A DNA stretch of 64,000 nucleotides, taken from a virus. Lineage: Duplodnaviria > Caudoviricetes. This document shows, in pieces, positions 9,494-19,004 of the stretch. The stretch is from the IMG/VR virus record IMGVR_UViG_3300034061_001224, positions 684-64,683 of that record. One strand, given 5' to 3'. Every line of letters starts with the position of its first letter. Position 1 is the stretch's first letter. The position numbers and the translations under genes were made by a program. The notes below the pieces were generated by a model, which searched no databases, had not been told where the DNA came from, and worked only from the letters and a program-made list of their open reading frames with translations.

Positions 9494-9681
9494 TGGATGC
9501 GTTTGAAGTCTTAGTTGCACAAATCAACGAAGAAATAGAACTGATTCAGACAGCAATCTGCCAAGGAAAGGCGGATAGCTTTGAAGAATACAGAAGACTC
9601 TGTGGTGAGGTACGAGGCTTACTCATTGCTAGAGATTTAACTATAAGCCTGCAAGATAGAGTGGAGAACTCTGATGACTGA
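9493..9681 (+). CDS. small hypothetical protein
   Basis: Translationally coupled to the portal gene (TAATG). Confidence 0.7.
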   Translation: MDAFEVLVAQINEEIELIQTAICQGKADSFEEYRRLCGEVRGLLIARDLTISLQDRVENSDD

Positions 9682-10090
9682 AATTTTATTGGCTACAAAC
9701 CCCAATAAACCGCAAGTAGTTGGTGCTGTTGACCTTGGGGCAACTAACGAGGAAAAGGCATCTCAACTACCTAAACCTTCTGGGTACCATATTTTATGTG
9801 CAATCCCAGAAGCTGAAAAGGAGTTCGACAGTGGGCTTTTAAAGGCCGATGTTACCCTTAAAAACGAAGAAGTTTTAACAACTGTTTTATTCGTTGTGGC
9901 TATGGGCCCTGATGCGTACAAAGACGAAACTAAATTCCCAAGTGGTGCTTGGTGCAAAGTAGGTGACTTTGTATTAGTTAGACCTAACTCTGGTTCGAGA
10001 CTGTTAATTCACGGTCGAGAATTTAGATTAATCAATGATGATGTTGTTGAAGCGGTGGTCGATGACCCACGCGGTATTACACGTAAATAA
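9674..10090 (+). CDS. GroES/Cpn10-like co-chaperonin
   Basis: PSGYHIL..SGLL..VVAMGPDAY..KVGDFVLV..GREFRLINDDVVEAVV follows the Cpn10 pattern. Confidence 0.8.
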   Translation: MTEILLATNPNKPQVVGAVDLGATNEEKASQLPKPSGYHILCAIPEAEKEFDSGLLKADVTLKNEEVLTTVLFVVAMGPDAYKDETKFPSGAWCKVGDFVLVRPNSGSRLLIHGREFRLINDDVVEAVVDDPRGITRK

Positions 10091-10100
10091 GGAGTGATAT

Positions 10101-11018
10101 ATGGCTTACGAACAAGAGGATTTTAAATTTCCTGATGAGCAAGATCAGTCTCCTGATCTTGATATTGAAATTGAGATTGAAGATGACACACCGGAAGAAG
10201 ACCGAGGTCGTCAACCTATGCCTAAAGAAATTGCGGATGATTTAGACCGTGATGAACTTGAGGAATACGATGAAGGCGTTAAACAAAAGCTGAAGCAACT
10301 TAAAAAAGTTTGGCACGATGAACGTAGAGCTAAAGAACAGTTAGCTAGAGAGCAAGAAGAAGCGTTATCTGTAGCTAGAAAACTTTATGCGGAAAACCAA
10401 AAGTTGCGCTCTGCCTATGCAACAGGCGAAAAGGAATACATCACTACTGCGCAGTCTAATGCACAGATGGAAATGGATGCCGCGAAACGCGCATATCGTG
10501 AAGCTTATGAGTCTGGCGACACTGATGGTGTAATTTCAGCACAGGAAAAAATGAATTTAGCACAGTTAAATTTAATCCGTGCTAACAATTTAAAGGAAAC
10601 TCCTTTACAAGAACCTGAAGATATTGTACAAAGCCAACGTGAAGAGTCACGTGCCGTACAACCTCAAGTAGTACAACCAGACCAAAAAGCTCAAGCGTGG
10701 CAAGAACGCAACAAATGGTTTGGGCAAGATGAGGAAATGACAGCAGCAGCACTAGGTTTACACACAAAACTTGTAAACAGCGGTGTTGAAGCAGGCTCTG
10801 ATGAATATTACAGCACATTGGACAAAACAATGCGCAAGCGGTTTAGTGAGCATTTTGGGGAACCAAAGGCAAAACCAAATACGGTTGTTGCTCCGGCTAC
10901 CCGCAGTACAGCTTCCAACAAAATTAGGCTCAGTACAAGTCAGGTCCAGTTGGCAAAGAAACTGGGGTTAACGCCTGAAATTTATGCAAGAGAACTTATG
11001 AAATTGGAGAAAAGATAA
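10101..11018 (+). CDS. probable capsid scaffolding protein
   Basis: Acidic N-terminus, coiled coil, C-terminal AKKLGLTPEIYA, located upstream of the capsid genes. Confidence 0.65.
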   Translation: MAYEQEDFKFPDEQDQSPDLDIEIEIEDDTPEEDRGRQPMPKEIADDLDRDELEEYDEGVKQKLKQLKKVWHDERRAKEQLAREQEEALSVARKLYAENQKLRSAYATGEKEYITTAQSNAQMEMDAAKRAYREAYESGDTDGVISAQEKMNLAQLNLIRANNLKETPLQEPEDIVQSQREESRAVQPQVVQPDQKAQAWQERNKWFGQDEEMTAAALGLHTKLVNSGVEAGSDEYYSTLDKTMRKRFSEHFGEPKAKPNTVVAPATRSTASNKIRLSTSQVQLAKKLGLTPEIYARELMKLEKR

Positions 11019-11470
11019 TGACTGCACAAAATAGATCAAACCGTGAACTAGAAACCCGCGTAATGCAGGAACGTCCAAAACAATGGCAGTTACCTGAAAC
11101 ATTACCAGAGCCAGACAAACAGGCTGGTTTCGCTTATAGATGGGTACGTGTCTCAACCTTGAACAACGCCGACCCTCGTAACCTTTCGTCCAAACTACGT
11201 GAAGGCTGGGAGCCAGTTCGTATTGAAGAACAACCCAAGTTCCAAATGCTAGTTGATCCGAATAGTCGGTTTAAAGACAATATCGAGATCGGTGGATTAT
11301 TGCTTTGCAAAACACCAGAAGAGTTTGTTTCCCAACGAAATGAATATTTCAACGGTCAAACACAGGCTCAAGCGGATGCTGTAGACAATAGTCTGATGCG
11401 CCAAAGCGATGCGCGTATGCCTCTATTTAGAGAACGTAAGTCATCAACAAGCTTTGGTAAAGGTGCTTAA
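11018..11470 (+). CDS. head-region hypothetical protein
   Basis: Coupled ORF with AYRWVR..LREGWEPV..IGGLLLC motif. Confidence 0.75.
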   Translation: MTAQNRSNRELETRVMQERPKQWQLPETLPEPDKQAGFAYRWVRVSTLNNADPRNLSSKLREGWEPVRIEEQPKFQMLVDPNSRFKDNIEIGGLLLCKTPEEFVSQRNEYFNGQTQAQADAVDNSLMRQSDARMPLFRERKSSTSFGKGA

Positions 11471-11492
11471 TTTATTCATTTAGGAGTTATAA

Positions 11493-12128
11493 ATGGCTGC
11501 ATATCCTTCAGTCCCAGCCCCATATGGCTTAAAACCGATCAATTTGATCGGCGGTCAAGTCTTTGCTGGCGCTACTCGTCAATTACCAATCACCACTTCA
11601 AGTGTTAGCTATAACACTGCTATTTTTAACGGTGACGTTATCCAGATTGGTTCTGACGGTACTATCATTGTTTCAACTTTAGCTGCACAAACAACTGGCT
11701 CTGTCCGCGGTGTTATTGGTGTATTCTTAGGTTGTTCATACACAAACCCTGTCACAAAACAAAAATTGTTTTCTCAGTACTGGCCCGGTTATTCTTCTGG
11801 CGTAACTGATGCTGTTGCATACATCTCTGATGATCCAGATGCGTTGTATAAAGTAGTATCTGTTGGTGACACTGCCAATACTACTGGTTTGACACCTGTT
11901 GCTTTGTCACAAACTACATTGGGTAACAACGTAGCTTTGGTATTGAATACAGGTTCAACTGTAACTGGTGACTCTAAAATTGGTATTTACGCTAACGGTG
12001 ATACCGCTGGCTTGCCAATGCGTGTAGTTGACTTAGTGCCTGACACAGCTACTTCAGCTGGTTTCTTCGAAGTGATTGTTAAATTCAACTTCGGTTACCA
12101 TTCTTACCAACAACTTGCTGGCATCTAA
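11493..12128 (+). CDS. probable capsid decoration/minor head protein
   Basis: AGGAG RBS, beta-rich sequence, immediately before the major capsid gene. Confidence 0.65.
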   Translation: MAAYPSVPAPYGLKPINLIGGQVFAGATRQLPITTSSVSYNTAIFNGDVIQIGSDGTIIVSTLAAQTTGSVRGVIGVFLGCSYTNPVTKQKLFSQYWPGYSSGVTDAVAYISDDPDALYKVVSVGDTANTTGLTPVALSQTTLGNNVALVLNTGSTVTGDSKIGIYANGDTAGLPMRVVDLVPDTATSAGFFEVIVKFNFGYHSYQQLAGI

Positions 12129-12138
12129 GGAGTCATAA

Positions 12139-13047
12139 ATGGCAATTTCACGCGCTCAGTTATTAAAAGAGTTACTACCGGGCTTGAACGCTTTGTTCGG
12201 TTTGGAATACGCTCGCTACGGTGAAGAACATAAAGAAATCTATGAAACAGAGACTTCTGAACGTTCTTTTGAAGAAGAAACAAAATTGTCTGGTTTCTCA
12301 GCTGCTCCAGTTAAAAACGAGGGTTCTGCCATCGCTTATGACAACGGCCAAGAAGCTTGGACTGCACGTTATAACCACGAAACAATTGCTTTGGGCTTCA
12401 GCTTAACTGAAGAAGCTATCGAAGATAACTTGTATGACTCTTTGTCTGCTCGTTATACAAAAGCTTTGGCTCGTGCTATGGCTTACACCAAACAAGTTAA
12501 AGCTGCTGGTGTATTAAACAACGGTTTCAGCTCTAGCTATGCTGGTGGTGATGGTAAAGCATTATTTGCTAACGACCATCCATTAGTATCTGGCGGCACA
12601 AACAGCAACATCCCTGCAACAGCTGCGGATTTAAACGAAACTTCTTTGGAAGCTGCGGTAATTCAAATTGCTGCATGGACTGACGAACGTGGTTTGTTGA
12701 TTGCTGCTAAACCTAAAAAATTGATTGTTCCACCAGCATTGCAATTCGTTGCAACCCGCTTGTTGGAAACTGAGTTGAGAGTTGGCACTACTGACAACGA
12801 CATCAACGCAATCAAAAATAACGGTTCTGTTCCAGAAGGTTATGCTATTAACCACTTCTTGACTGACAACAATGCTTGGTTCTTGACCACGGACGTGCCA
12901 AACGGCTTGAAACATTTCGTTCGTAGCCCACTGGCACAGTCAATGGATGGTGACTTCGATACAGGCAACGTACGTTATAAGAGTCGTGAAAGGTACTCAT
13001 TTGGCTGGTCAGACCCACTAGGTATCTATGGCTCACAAGGGGCTTAG
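12139..13047 (+). CDS. major capsid protein (Mu gpT-like, HK97 fold)
   Basis: MAISRAQLLKELLPGLNALFGLEY..LIVPPAL..YKSRERYSFGWSDP, AAGGAG RBS, followed by a terminator. Confidence 0.9.
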   Translation: MAISRAQLLKELLPGLNALFGLEYARYGEEHKEIYETETSERSFEEETKLSGFSAAPVKNEGSAIAYDNGQEAWTARYNHETIALGFSLTEEAIEDNLYDSLSARYTKALARAMAYTKQVKAAGVLNNGFSSSYAGGDGKALFANDHPLVSGGTNSNIPATAADLNETSLEAAVIQIAAWTDERGLLIAAKPKKLIVPPALQFVATRLLETELRVGTTDNDINAIKNNGSVPEGYAINHFLTDNNAWFLTTDVPNGLKHFVRSPLAQSMDGDFDTGNVRYKSRERYSFGWSDPLGIYGSQGA

Positions 13048-13078
13048 CCTTGTAAATCAATAACTTAGGTTATTATTG

Positions 13079-13105
13079 GAGACCCGCTTCGGCGGGTTTT
13101 CTTTT
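13079..13105 (+). terminator. Rho-independent terminator after the major capsid gene
   Basis: ACCCGC-TTCG-GCGGGT followed by TTTCTTTT. Confidence 0.85.
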
Positions 13106-13200
13106 GCGTTTAAAAAACAATTGGTTTCTTTGTGGTAAAAAGCGTTGGGTGTGGAAGTCAAACAAACTTCTTGCAGCCCAATAACTTAACTGCTAATATC

Positions 13201-13286
13201 GAGCCGCGACTAGGACTTATTATTTAACTCATACCGACCTACCTAGAGGACACTGCACAAGACGGTATGACTCAAGTGCGAGGCTC
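13201..13286 (+). ncRNA. candidate pseudoknotted RNA, possibly the Mu-gpT-DE motif
   Basis: TCATACCG/CGGTATGA stem crossed by CTAGG/CCTAG pairing, downstream of a gpT-like capsid gene. Confidence 0.5.
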
Positions 13287-13288
13287 TC

Positions 13289-13780
13289 ATGGCTACATCT
13301 ACTACTCAAGCAATCTGGCGCTCAGGCGGCGGTGACACTACTAAAACTGCCTATGCAGGTTCAATGTTAATGGTTGCAGATTTCTATCTGTTAGCCACTG
13401 CTGCAAATGGCACTAAAGTCCAAAAATCATCTACTGATACTGGCAATGTAATTTTACCTATCGGTGCAGTTATTACTGAAATTCAAGTGAATTCCGCTGG
13501 TACTGGTGGCAGCAGCCCTACATTTGATTTGGGTTATACTTTGTATAATTCAGGTACTGCAACTCCAGAAGGCTTATTAAATGAAGCTGATGCTGACCTA
13601 GGCAAACAAGTAATTACTTGGGCTACCTCAACTGTGCCGGGCGCAGGTCTTGGCGCTGTTATGTCTGCATCTGAAATGGTTTATATCACTGGTCGTGCTG
13701 GTGCTTCTGCTGCAGCTGCTGGTTCTATTTCAGGTAAATTGATCTACTACGTTCCAACTAACGGTAGCTACACAGCTTAA
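13289..13780 (+). CDS. virion structural protein
   Basis: 163-aa beta-rich ORF after the capsid gene, followed by a hairpin at about 13788-13811. Confidence 0.7.
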   Translation: MATSTTQAIWRSGGGDTTKTAYAGSMLMVADFYLLATAANGTKVQKSSTDTGNVILPIGAVITEIQVNSAGTGGSSPTFDLGYTLYNSGTATPEGLLNEADADLGKQVITWATSTVPGAGLGAVMSASEMVYITGRAGASAAAAGSISGKLIYYVPTNGSYTA

Positions 13781-13829
13781 TTAGTCTCGGGGGGTTTCGA
13801 CTCCCCGTTTTCAATTTAGGAGATTAATT

Positions 13830-14114
13830 ATGACAATGCAAACTGACGTAAAAGCAACGACAGCAGCAGCTAATGCAACCACCACAATTTTTGGTGGTCC
13901 AGCCCGAATCAAAGGAATACTGATTAACTATACAGCAGCTGCGACATTGGTACTTAACGATGGTACTGCTGGCACAGCACGATTCAGTTATACAGCGCCA
14001 GCGGGTGCTGCAGGTTCTGTTTACGTAGCTATTCCGGGTGAAGGAATTAAGTGTGACACCAACATATCGGCTGTTGCTTCTTCAGGCTTAACTGCTCAAG
14101 TATTTTATGGCTAA
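13830..14114 (+). CDS. small structural protein
   Basis: AGGAG RBS and IPGEGI motif. Confidence 0.7.
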   Translation: MTMQTDVKATTAAANATTTIFGGPARIKGILINYTAAATLVLNDGTAGTARFSYTAPAGAAGSVYVAIPGEGIKCDTNISAVASSGLTAQVFYG

Positions 14115-14370
14115 GTCCCCTGTATGGCAGCGTAAGGAAGGGCAGAACCCTAAAGGCGGTTTAAATGCTAAGGGTCGGGCATCAGCTAAAAAAGAAGGCC
14201 ATGACTTAAAACCACCAGCACCTCATCCTAAAACTAAGAAAGACGCAGGTAGACGTAAGTCATTTTGTGCCAGAATGAAAGGGATGAAGAGTAAACTGAC
14301 AAGCAGCAAGACAGCTAATGACCCAGATAGTCGAATCAATAAAAGTTTAAGAGCATGGAACTGCAAATGA
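14107..14370 (+). CDS. small basic phage protein (DUF6321-like)
   Basis: WQRKEGQNPKGGLNAKGRAS..RRKSFCARM..SLRAWNC. Confidence 0.7.
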   Translation: MAKSPVWQRKEGQNPKGGLNAKGRASAKKEGHDLKPPAPHPKTKKDAGRRKSFCARMKGMKSKLTSSKTANDPDSRINKSLRAWNCK

Positions 14371-14606
14371 CACAGTCTGTTGAGATGATTAAAGATCTTG
14401 CCATTCATGATGTAGAGATTAAACACATGCAGGATGATATGGACAAGATGGTTAAAGAAATGGCTGAAATTAAAAAAAGCCTCGCTGCCATAGAAGCGGT
14501 ACTATCTGAAGCTAAAGGTGGATGGAAAACATTGATGTGGGTTGGTGGGGCAGGTACTGCGTTCGGCAGCCTTATTGGTTGGGTAATCGAGCATACGAGT
14601 AAATAA
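14367..14606 (+). CDS. coiled-coil protein with C-terminal transmembrane segment
   Basis: ATGA overlap with the previous gene. Heptad region followed by a hydrophobic tail. Confidence 0.65.
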   Translation: MTQSVEMIKDLAIHDVEIKHMQDDMDKMVKEMAEIKKSLAAIEAVLSEAKGGWKTLMWVGGAGTAFGSLIGWVIEHTSK

Positions 14607-14607
14607 A

Positions 14608-14979
14608 ATGCCTAGTACAAGTAAGAAACAGCGTAATTTCATGGCAGCCGCTGCGCATAATCCTGAGTTTGCTAAGAAAGCAGGTATTTCGCAGAAGGTG
14701 GCTAAAGAGTTTAATCAGGCCGATAAAGGCAAAAAATTTAATAGAGGTGGCGACGTGGCTAACTTAAAGAAATTGTTTAAAGGTAAAGAGACTTATAAAG
14801 AAGAGCTGAAAGAAGGCAAAGCGATTAAGTCTGGCAAAATCTCTCCTGAGCAATATGCTAAAGGTGAAGAGATGGAAAAGAAAATGAAGAAAGGTGGCTG
14901 CACTAAAATGGCTAAAGGTGGTGTAACTCGTGCAGACGGCTGCGTAACTAAAGGCCACACAAAAGGTAAATTTGCATGA
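14608..14979 (+). CDS. small Lys-rich putative internal virion protein
   Basis: MPSTSKKQRNFMAAAAHNP.., repeated (M/F)xxGG motifs and RADGCVTKG. Confidence 0.7.
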   Translation: MPSTSKKQRNFMAAAAHNPEFAKKAGISQKVAKEFNQADKGKKFNRGGDVANLKKLFKGKETYKEELKEGKAIKSGKISPEQYAKGEEMEKKMKKGGCTKMAKGGVTRADGCVTKGHTKGKFA

Positions 14980-15107
14980 TCCCAGCTAAAGGTATCCCAG
15001 CAAAAGATGTAGCACCGCATAGCAATAAACCTTCAAATGAAGTTTTAAAAGCTGTTGCAGCGGCTAAAAAACCTAAGTTTAAAAAGAAGTTGGAAGACGT
15101 ATTATGA
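14976..15107 (+). CDS. 43-aa basic peptide
   Basis: ATGA-coupled on both sides. Below the ORF-track cutoff. Confidence 0.5.
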   Translation: MIPAKGIPAKDVAPHSNKPSNEVLKAVAAAKKPKFKKKLEDVL

Positions 15108-15199
15108 TGGCCTCACGTGGGATGGGCTGCATGAACCCTGATAAAATACCCGGTAATAAAAAGGGTGGCTCAGTTAAGCCTAAAAAGAGAGTTAAATAA
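15104..15199 (+). CDS. 31-aa basic peptide (MMASRGMGCMNPDKIPGNKKGGSV...)
   Basis: Coupled to its neighbours (ATGA and TAATG) and carries a KGG motif. Confidence 0.55.
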   Translation: MMASRGMGCMNPDKIPGNKKGGSVKPKKRVK

Positions 15200-15930
15200 T
15201 GACAACGACCGGCACTAGCAGTTTTAATTTAGACATTAATGACTTAGTAGAAGAAGCCTTTGAACGTTGTGGGCAAGAGCTACGTACGGGTTATAACCTA
15301 AGAACTGCTCGTCGGTCGTTAAATTTGATGACAATAGAATGGGCCAACAGGGGTATTAACCTTTGGACAATTGAGCAAGGAGCTATCCCATTATATCCGG
15401 GTCAGATTACTTATGATCTTCCTGTTGATACGATTGATTTATTAGACCAAGTAACACGCTCTGGGTCAGGGCAGGGTCAGATTGATATTAATATCAACCG
15501 AATTTCAGAGTCTACCTATGCAACTATCCCTAATAAGAACGCTACAGGTAGACCTATTCAAGTCTGGATAAATAGACAATCAGGCGCAACGTATCCGACA
15601 ACGGGGATTAAGTATCCTCAGATTAATATTTGGCCTACACCCGATCAAGGTTCAGTAGGTGATCCGTATTACACATTTGTTTACTGGCGATTACGTCGTA
15701 TTCAGGATGCAGGTAACGGTGTAAACACCCAAGATATTCCATTTAGATTTTTGAATGCAATGGTTGCAGGGCTTGCTTATTACTTATCTATTAAGTTAGC
15801 AGGTGTAGACCCTAATCGTATTGCGATGCTTAAAGCTGATTATGAACAGCAGTTTCAATTGGCATCCGATGAAGACCGAGAAAAAGCTAATAATCGTTTT
15901 GTTCCACGGACTCTTTTTTATGGGCGATAG
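15199..15930 (+). CDS. probable head-tail adaptor/connector protein
   Basis: EEAFERCG..ARRSLNL..EWANRGINLW..LAYYLS pattern and position in the virion module. Confidence 0.65.
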   Translation: MTTTGTSSFNLDINDLVEEAFERCGQELRTGYNLRTARRSLNLMTIEWANRGINLWTIEQGAIPLYPGQITYDLPVDTIDLLDQVTRSGSGQGQIDININRISESTYATIPNKNATGRPIQVWINRQSGATYPTTGIKYPQINIWPTPDQGSVGDPYYTFVYWRLRRIQDAGNGVNTQDIPFRFLNAMVAGLAYYLSIKLAGVDPNRIAMLKADYEQQFQLASDEDREKANNRFVPRTLFYGR

Positions 15931-15998
15931 GTGTGATTGATGTGAGTTGTTATGTGACTGATGTGGTATCATATCGCTTTCTTAATTTAGGAGGCTTT

Positions 15999-16601
15999 AT
16001 GACTAATCAGACCAGAGACAATTCTGTAGCCCATATAGACATTGGCAGGGTATGTGGGGTATATCTATTAACTGATACAGTTACTGGTAAAACGTATATT
16101 GGAAGCTCGACGGATATTAGAGTGAGACTTGTCCAACATTTTCACTGTATGAGTGAAAAGGGCAGAAAAAACATAACAACTTATAATAACTTTGCAAGCA
16201 CCTACAAGGATTGTGGAGCTAAAGTATTTACTGCAAAGGTTTTAGAAGAATGCACTAAAGAGGCTCTAAAAGCTAAAGAGATTCACTGGATAGCCCTTTT
16301 AAACCCAAGTGAAAACACTCAACACGTCATTGATGATAGACCAATTTACAGTGATAAAGAACGTGCGATGAGGTCAGAAAGAACCAAAAGACTATGGGGC
16401 AATTCAGAATATAGGGAACATGCAGTCTCAGTTAGAAAAGGGAAAGCGTACAATAAAGGGTATAAGTGTACCGATGAGCAAATTCTTAATAGAAAAAAAG
16501 CCGCTAGAATATCAAATATGAAGCGCAACTACGGTGAACAATGGAAAGAAGAATATGCTAGACGGTATCCAGAGTACGTTGGGGACTTAAATGGCTACTA
16601 A
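15999..16601 (+). CDS. free-standing GIY-YIG homing endonuclease
   Basis: GVYLLTDTVTGKTYIGSS..R..H..E..WI..N motif. AGGAGG RBS before the ATG at 15999. Confidence 0.85.
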   Translation: MTNQTRDNSVAHIDIGRVCGVYLLTDTVTGKTYIGSSTDIRVRLVQHFHCMSEKGRKNITTYNNFASTYKDCGAKVFTAKVLEECTKEALKAKEIHWIALLNPSENTQHVIDDRPIYSDKERAMRSERTKRLWGNSEYREHAVSVRKGKAYNKGYKCTDEQILNRKKAARISNMKRNYGEQWKEEYARRYPEYVGDLNGY

Positions 16602-16980
16602 ATTTGCGGTTGGTAAATGGGCTTTTGGTTTTTGTGATATATGCAATCAACGGTATAAGCTTGCAGAGTTACGTAAACTGACAATTAAGACCAAACAAGT
16701 TAGCATTAAAGCTTGCCCTGAATGCTGGAACCCAGATCATCCCCAGTTACAGTTAGGGATGTATCCCGTGCAAGACGCTTGGGCATTAAGAGAACCACGA
16801 CCAGACACTAGCTACCAGACTTCTGGTTTAGATGTTAACGGTGTACAATCAGAAGGGAGTAGAATATTTCAATGGGGCTTTAATCCTGTTGGTGGTTCTC
16901 GTGCAAATGACGTCGGTTTGACGCCCAATTATTTAGTCGCTACTACCTATGTCGGCGACGTAACTGTAACAGTATCTTAG
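16591..16980 (+). CDS. Zn-binding phage protein
   Basis: CDIC..CPEC..DHPQL..REPRPD. Confidence 0.7.
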   Translation: MATKFAVGKWAFGFCDICNQRYKLAELRKLTIKTKQVSIKACPECWNPDHPQLQLGMYPVQDAWALREPRPDTSYQTSGLDVNGVQSEGSRIFQWGFNPVGGSRANDVGLTPNYLVATTYVGDVTVTVS

Positions 16981-16989
16981 GAGTACAAC

Positions 16990-17184
16990 ATGGCTTATAA
17001 ATCAGCAGCAGATGGCATCACTAAAAAAGGCAAAACCAAAGGTAAAAACTTGGGTGATGATGGTGCTAAAAAAGGCATTGATGGTGATGTAGCAAAAGGT
17101 GGAAAAGCTAAAACCGTTAAATCAATCGACATGAAAAAAATGGGTCGTAACTTAGCACGTGCTAAAAACCAAGGCGGTAAATAA
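16990..17184 (+). CDS. small basic protein
   Basis: AGGAG RBS and ADGITKKGKTKGK motif. Confidence 0.7.
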   Translation: MAYKSAADGITKKGKTKGKNLGDDGAKKGIDGDVAKGGKAKTVKSIDMKKMGRNLARAKNQGGK

Positions 17185-17345
17185 TGGCGCAAGATAATAA
17201 AGGCAAAAGCTTCATTGATAGCTTAAACATCGCTGCAGGTAATGTGAGCAAAGGTAATGTAAAGCCTGAAAAAACCGATGGCATTAAAATCCGCGGTACA
17301 GGTGCTGCAACTAAGGGTGTAAAAGCCCGCGGACCTATGGCGTAA
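17184..17345 (+). CDS. 53-aa basic peptide
   Basis: TAATG coupling. Ends IKIRGTGAATKGVKARGPMA. Confidence 0.65.
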   Translation: MAQDNKGKSFIDSLNIAAGNVSKGNVKPEKTDGIKIRGTGAATKGVKARGPMA

Positions 17346-17346
17346 T

Positions 17347-17997
17347 ATGAATTACACTCAGCTTTGTGCAGACATACAAGACTACGTAGAGAACACATTC
17401 TCTGCCGACCAGCTTGCGACTTTTGTTAAACAAGCTGAACAACGTATATACAACACGGTACAGCTACCTGATTTACGTAAAAATGTAACTGGTGTACTTA
17501 CTAGTGGCAATATGTATCTCCAAGCGCCAACAGACTTTTTAGCGCCTTATTCACTGGCTGTTATTGATGCTCAAGACGAGTATGTCTACCTACTTAATAA
17601 AGACGTCAATTTTATACGTGAGTCTTACCCCAGTGCTAGCTACTCAGGTACTCCAAAGTACTATGCAATATTCGGCCCAAGATCAGATGACCAGAAAGAA
17701 TTGGCATTTATTTTAGGCCCAACACCTAGTGCAGCATTTACAGTAGAGCTACATTACTTCTACTACCCAGAGTCAATTGTCGATGCTGGCCAAACTTGGT
17801 TGGGTGACAACTTTGATTCTGCGTTGCTTTGGGGGTCTATTGTTGAAGCTTATCATTTCTTAAAAGGCGAAGCTGATCTTATTGCTGTGTACCAAAATAG
17901 ATACCAAGAAGCCTTAGGATTGCTCAAACAATTAGGTGATGGTAAAGATCGTGGCGATGCCTATCGTGATGGGCAATATAAACAATCGGTGCGCTAA
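17347..17997 (+). CDS. probable tail adaptor/tubular protein
   Basis: QAEQRIYN..GTPKYYA..LGPTP..ELHY pattern in the virion module. Confidence 0.6.
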   Translation: MNYTQLCADIQDYVENTFSADQLATFVKQAEQRIYNTVQLPDLRKNVTGVLTSGNMYLQAPTDFLAPYSLAVIDAQDEYVYLLNKDVNFIRESYPSASYSGTPKYYAIFGPRSDDQKELAFILGPTPSAAFTVELHYFYYPESIVDAGQTWLGDNFDSALLWGSIVEAYHFLKGEADLIAVYQNRYQEALGLLKQLGDGKDRGDAYRDGQYKQSVR

Positions 17998-18413
17998 TGA
18001 GCTTAACTCAAACACAGACAACGTCCTTTAAAGCTGAGTTGTATCAAGGCATACATGACCTATTGACTGACGATATTTACATCGCCTTGTACACCGCAAA
18101 TGCCACATTAAATCAGAACACAACAGCTTATACAGCAGACGGTGAAGTAACTGCAACGGGCTATGATGCTGGTGGGCAGCTGATGTTAAACCCAACTGTG
18201 TCTTTGGATGGGTATACAGCCTATGTAAGTTTTGATAATCCTTCTTGGGCAGCAGCGCTTACAGCTAGAGGAGCTTTGATTTATAATGCTTCCAAAGGAA
18301 ACAAATCAGTCGCAGTATTGGACTTCGGTGCAGATAAAACTTCGACTACAACATTTACAGTAACGCTACCTGCCAATACAGCAGACAGTGCGTTAATACG
18401 ATCTTCAAATTAA
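17997..18413 (+). CDS. tail structural protein
   Basis: IALYT..GY.AGG..ARGALIYN..AVLDFG motif, coupled ORF. Confidence 0.65.
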   Translation: MSLTQTQTTSFKAELYQGIHDLLTDDIYIALYTANATLNQNTTAYTADGEVTATGYDAGGQLMLNPTVSLDGYTAYVSFDNPSWAAALTARGALIYNASKGNKSVAVLDFGADKTSTTTFTVTLPANTADSALIRSSN

Positions 18414-18423
18414 GGGGTTAGCG

Positions 18424-18993
18424 ATGCAAGCTGAATCGTTTCAAATTAAAGACACTCAAGATGCTACAGTGAGTAAAAGTTCTTCAGTAGCTGAAGGCAC
18501 AAACCTAACCGGATTTTATGAAGTCGAATGTTACGACGCAGACGGTCAATTGAAATGGTCGGACACTATTAAAAACCTTGTGGTTACAGTGGGCCGTAAT
18601 GACTTATTAGATAAATACTTTGCAGGGACATCATATACAGCTGCTTGGTATATGGGCTTAGTTGATAATGCATCTTTTTCAGCGTATGCAGCGGGCGATA
18701 CTTTAGCTTCTCATAGTGGTTGGTTAGAGTTTTTAGACTACACAGGATCTAATAGAACAACTGTAGGGTGGAATGCAGCTTCTGCGGGCAGTAAAGTAAC
18801 TACAACAACCGCTTTTAATATTAACGGTTCCGGCACTGTGCTAGGTGCTCTAATGTGTACAACACAGGCTAAAGGTACAGCATCAAACGGTGGTGCAGGT
18901 ATTCTATATTCTGCAGGTTCATTTACTGGCGGGTCTCGCGCCGTGGTATCAGGGGACACATTGAACGTCCAGTACTCTGCAGCAACATCTTAA
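18424..18993 (+). CDS. tail structural protein
   Basis: NLVVTVG..SGDTLNVQY, beta-rich. Confidence 0.65.
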   Translation: MQAESFQIKDTQDATVSKSSSVAEGTNLTGFYEVECYDADGQLKWSDTIKNLVVTVGRNDLLDKYFAGTSYTAAWYMGLVDNASFSAYAAGDTLASHSGWLEFLDYTGSNRTTVGWNAASAGSKVTTTTAFNINGSGTVLGALMCTTQAKGTASNGGAGILYSAGSFTGGSRAVVSGDTLNVQYSAATS

Positions 18994-19004
18994 AGGAGAA
19001 TATT

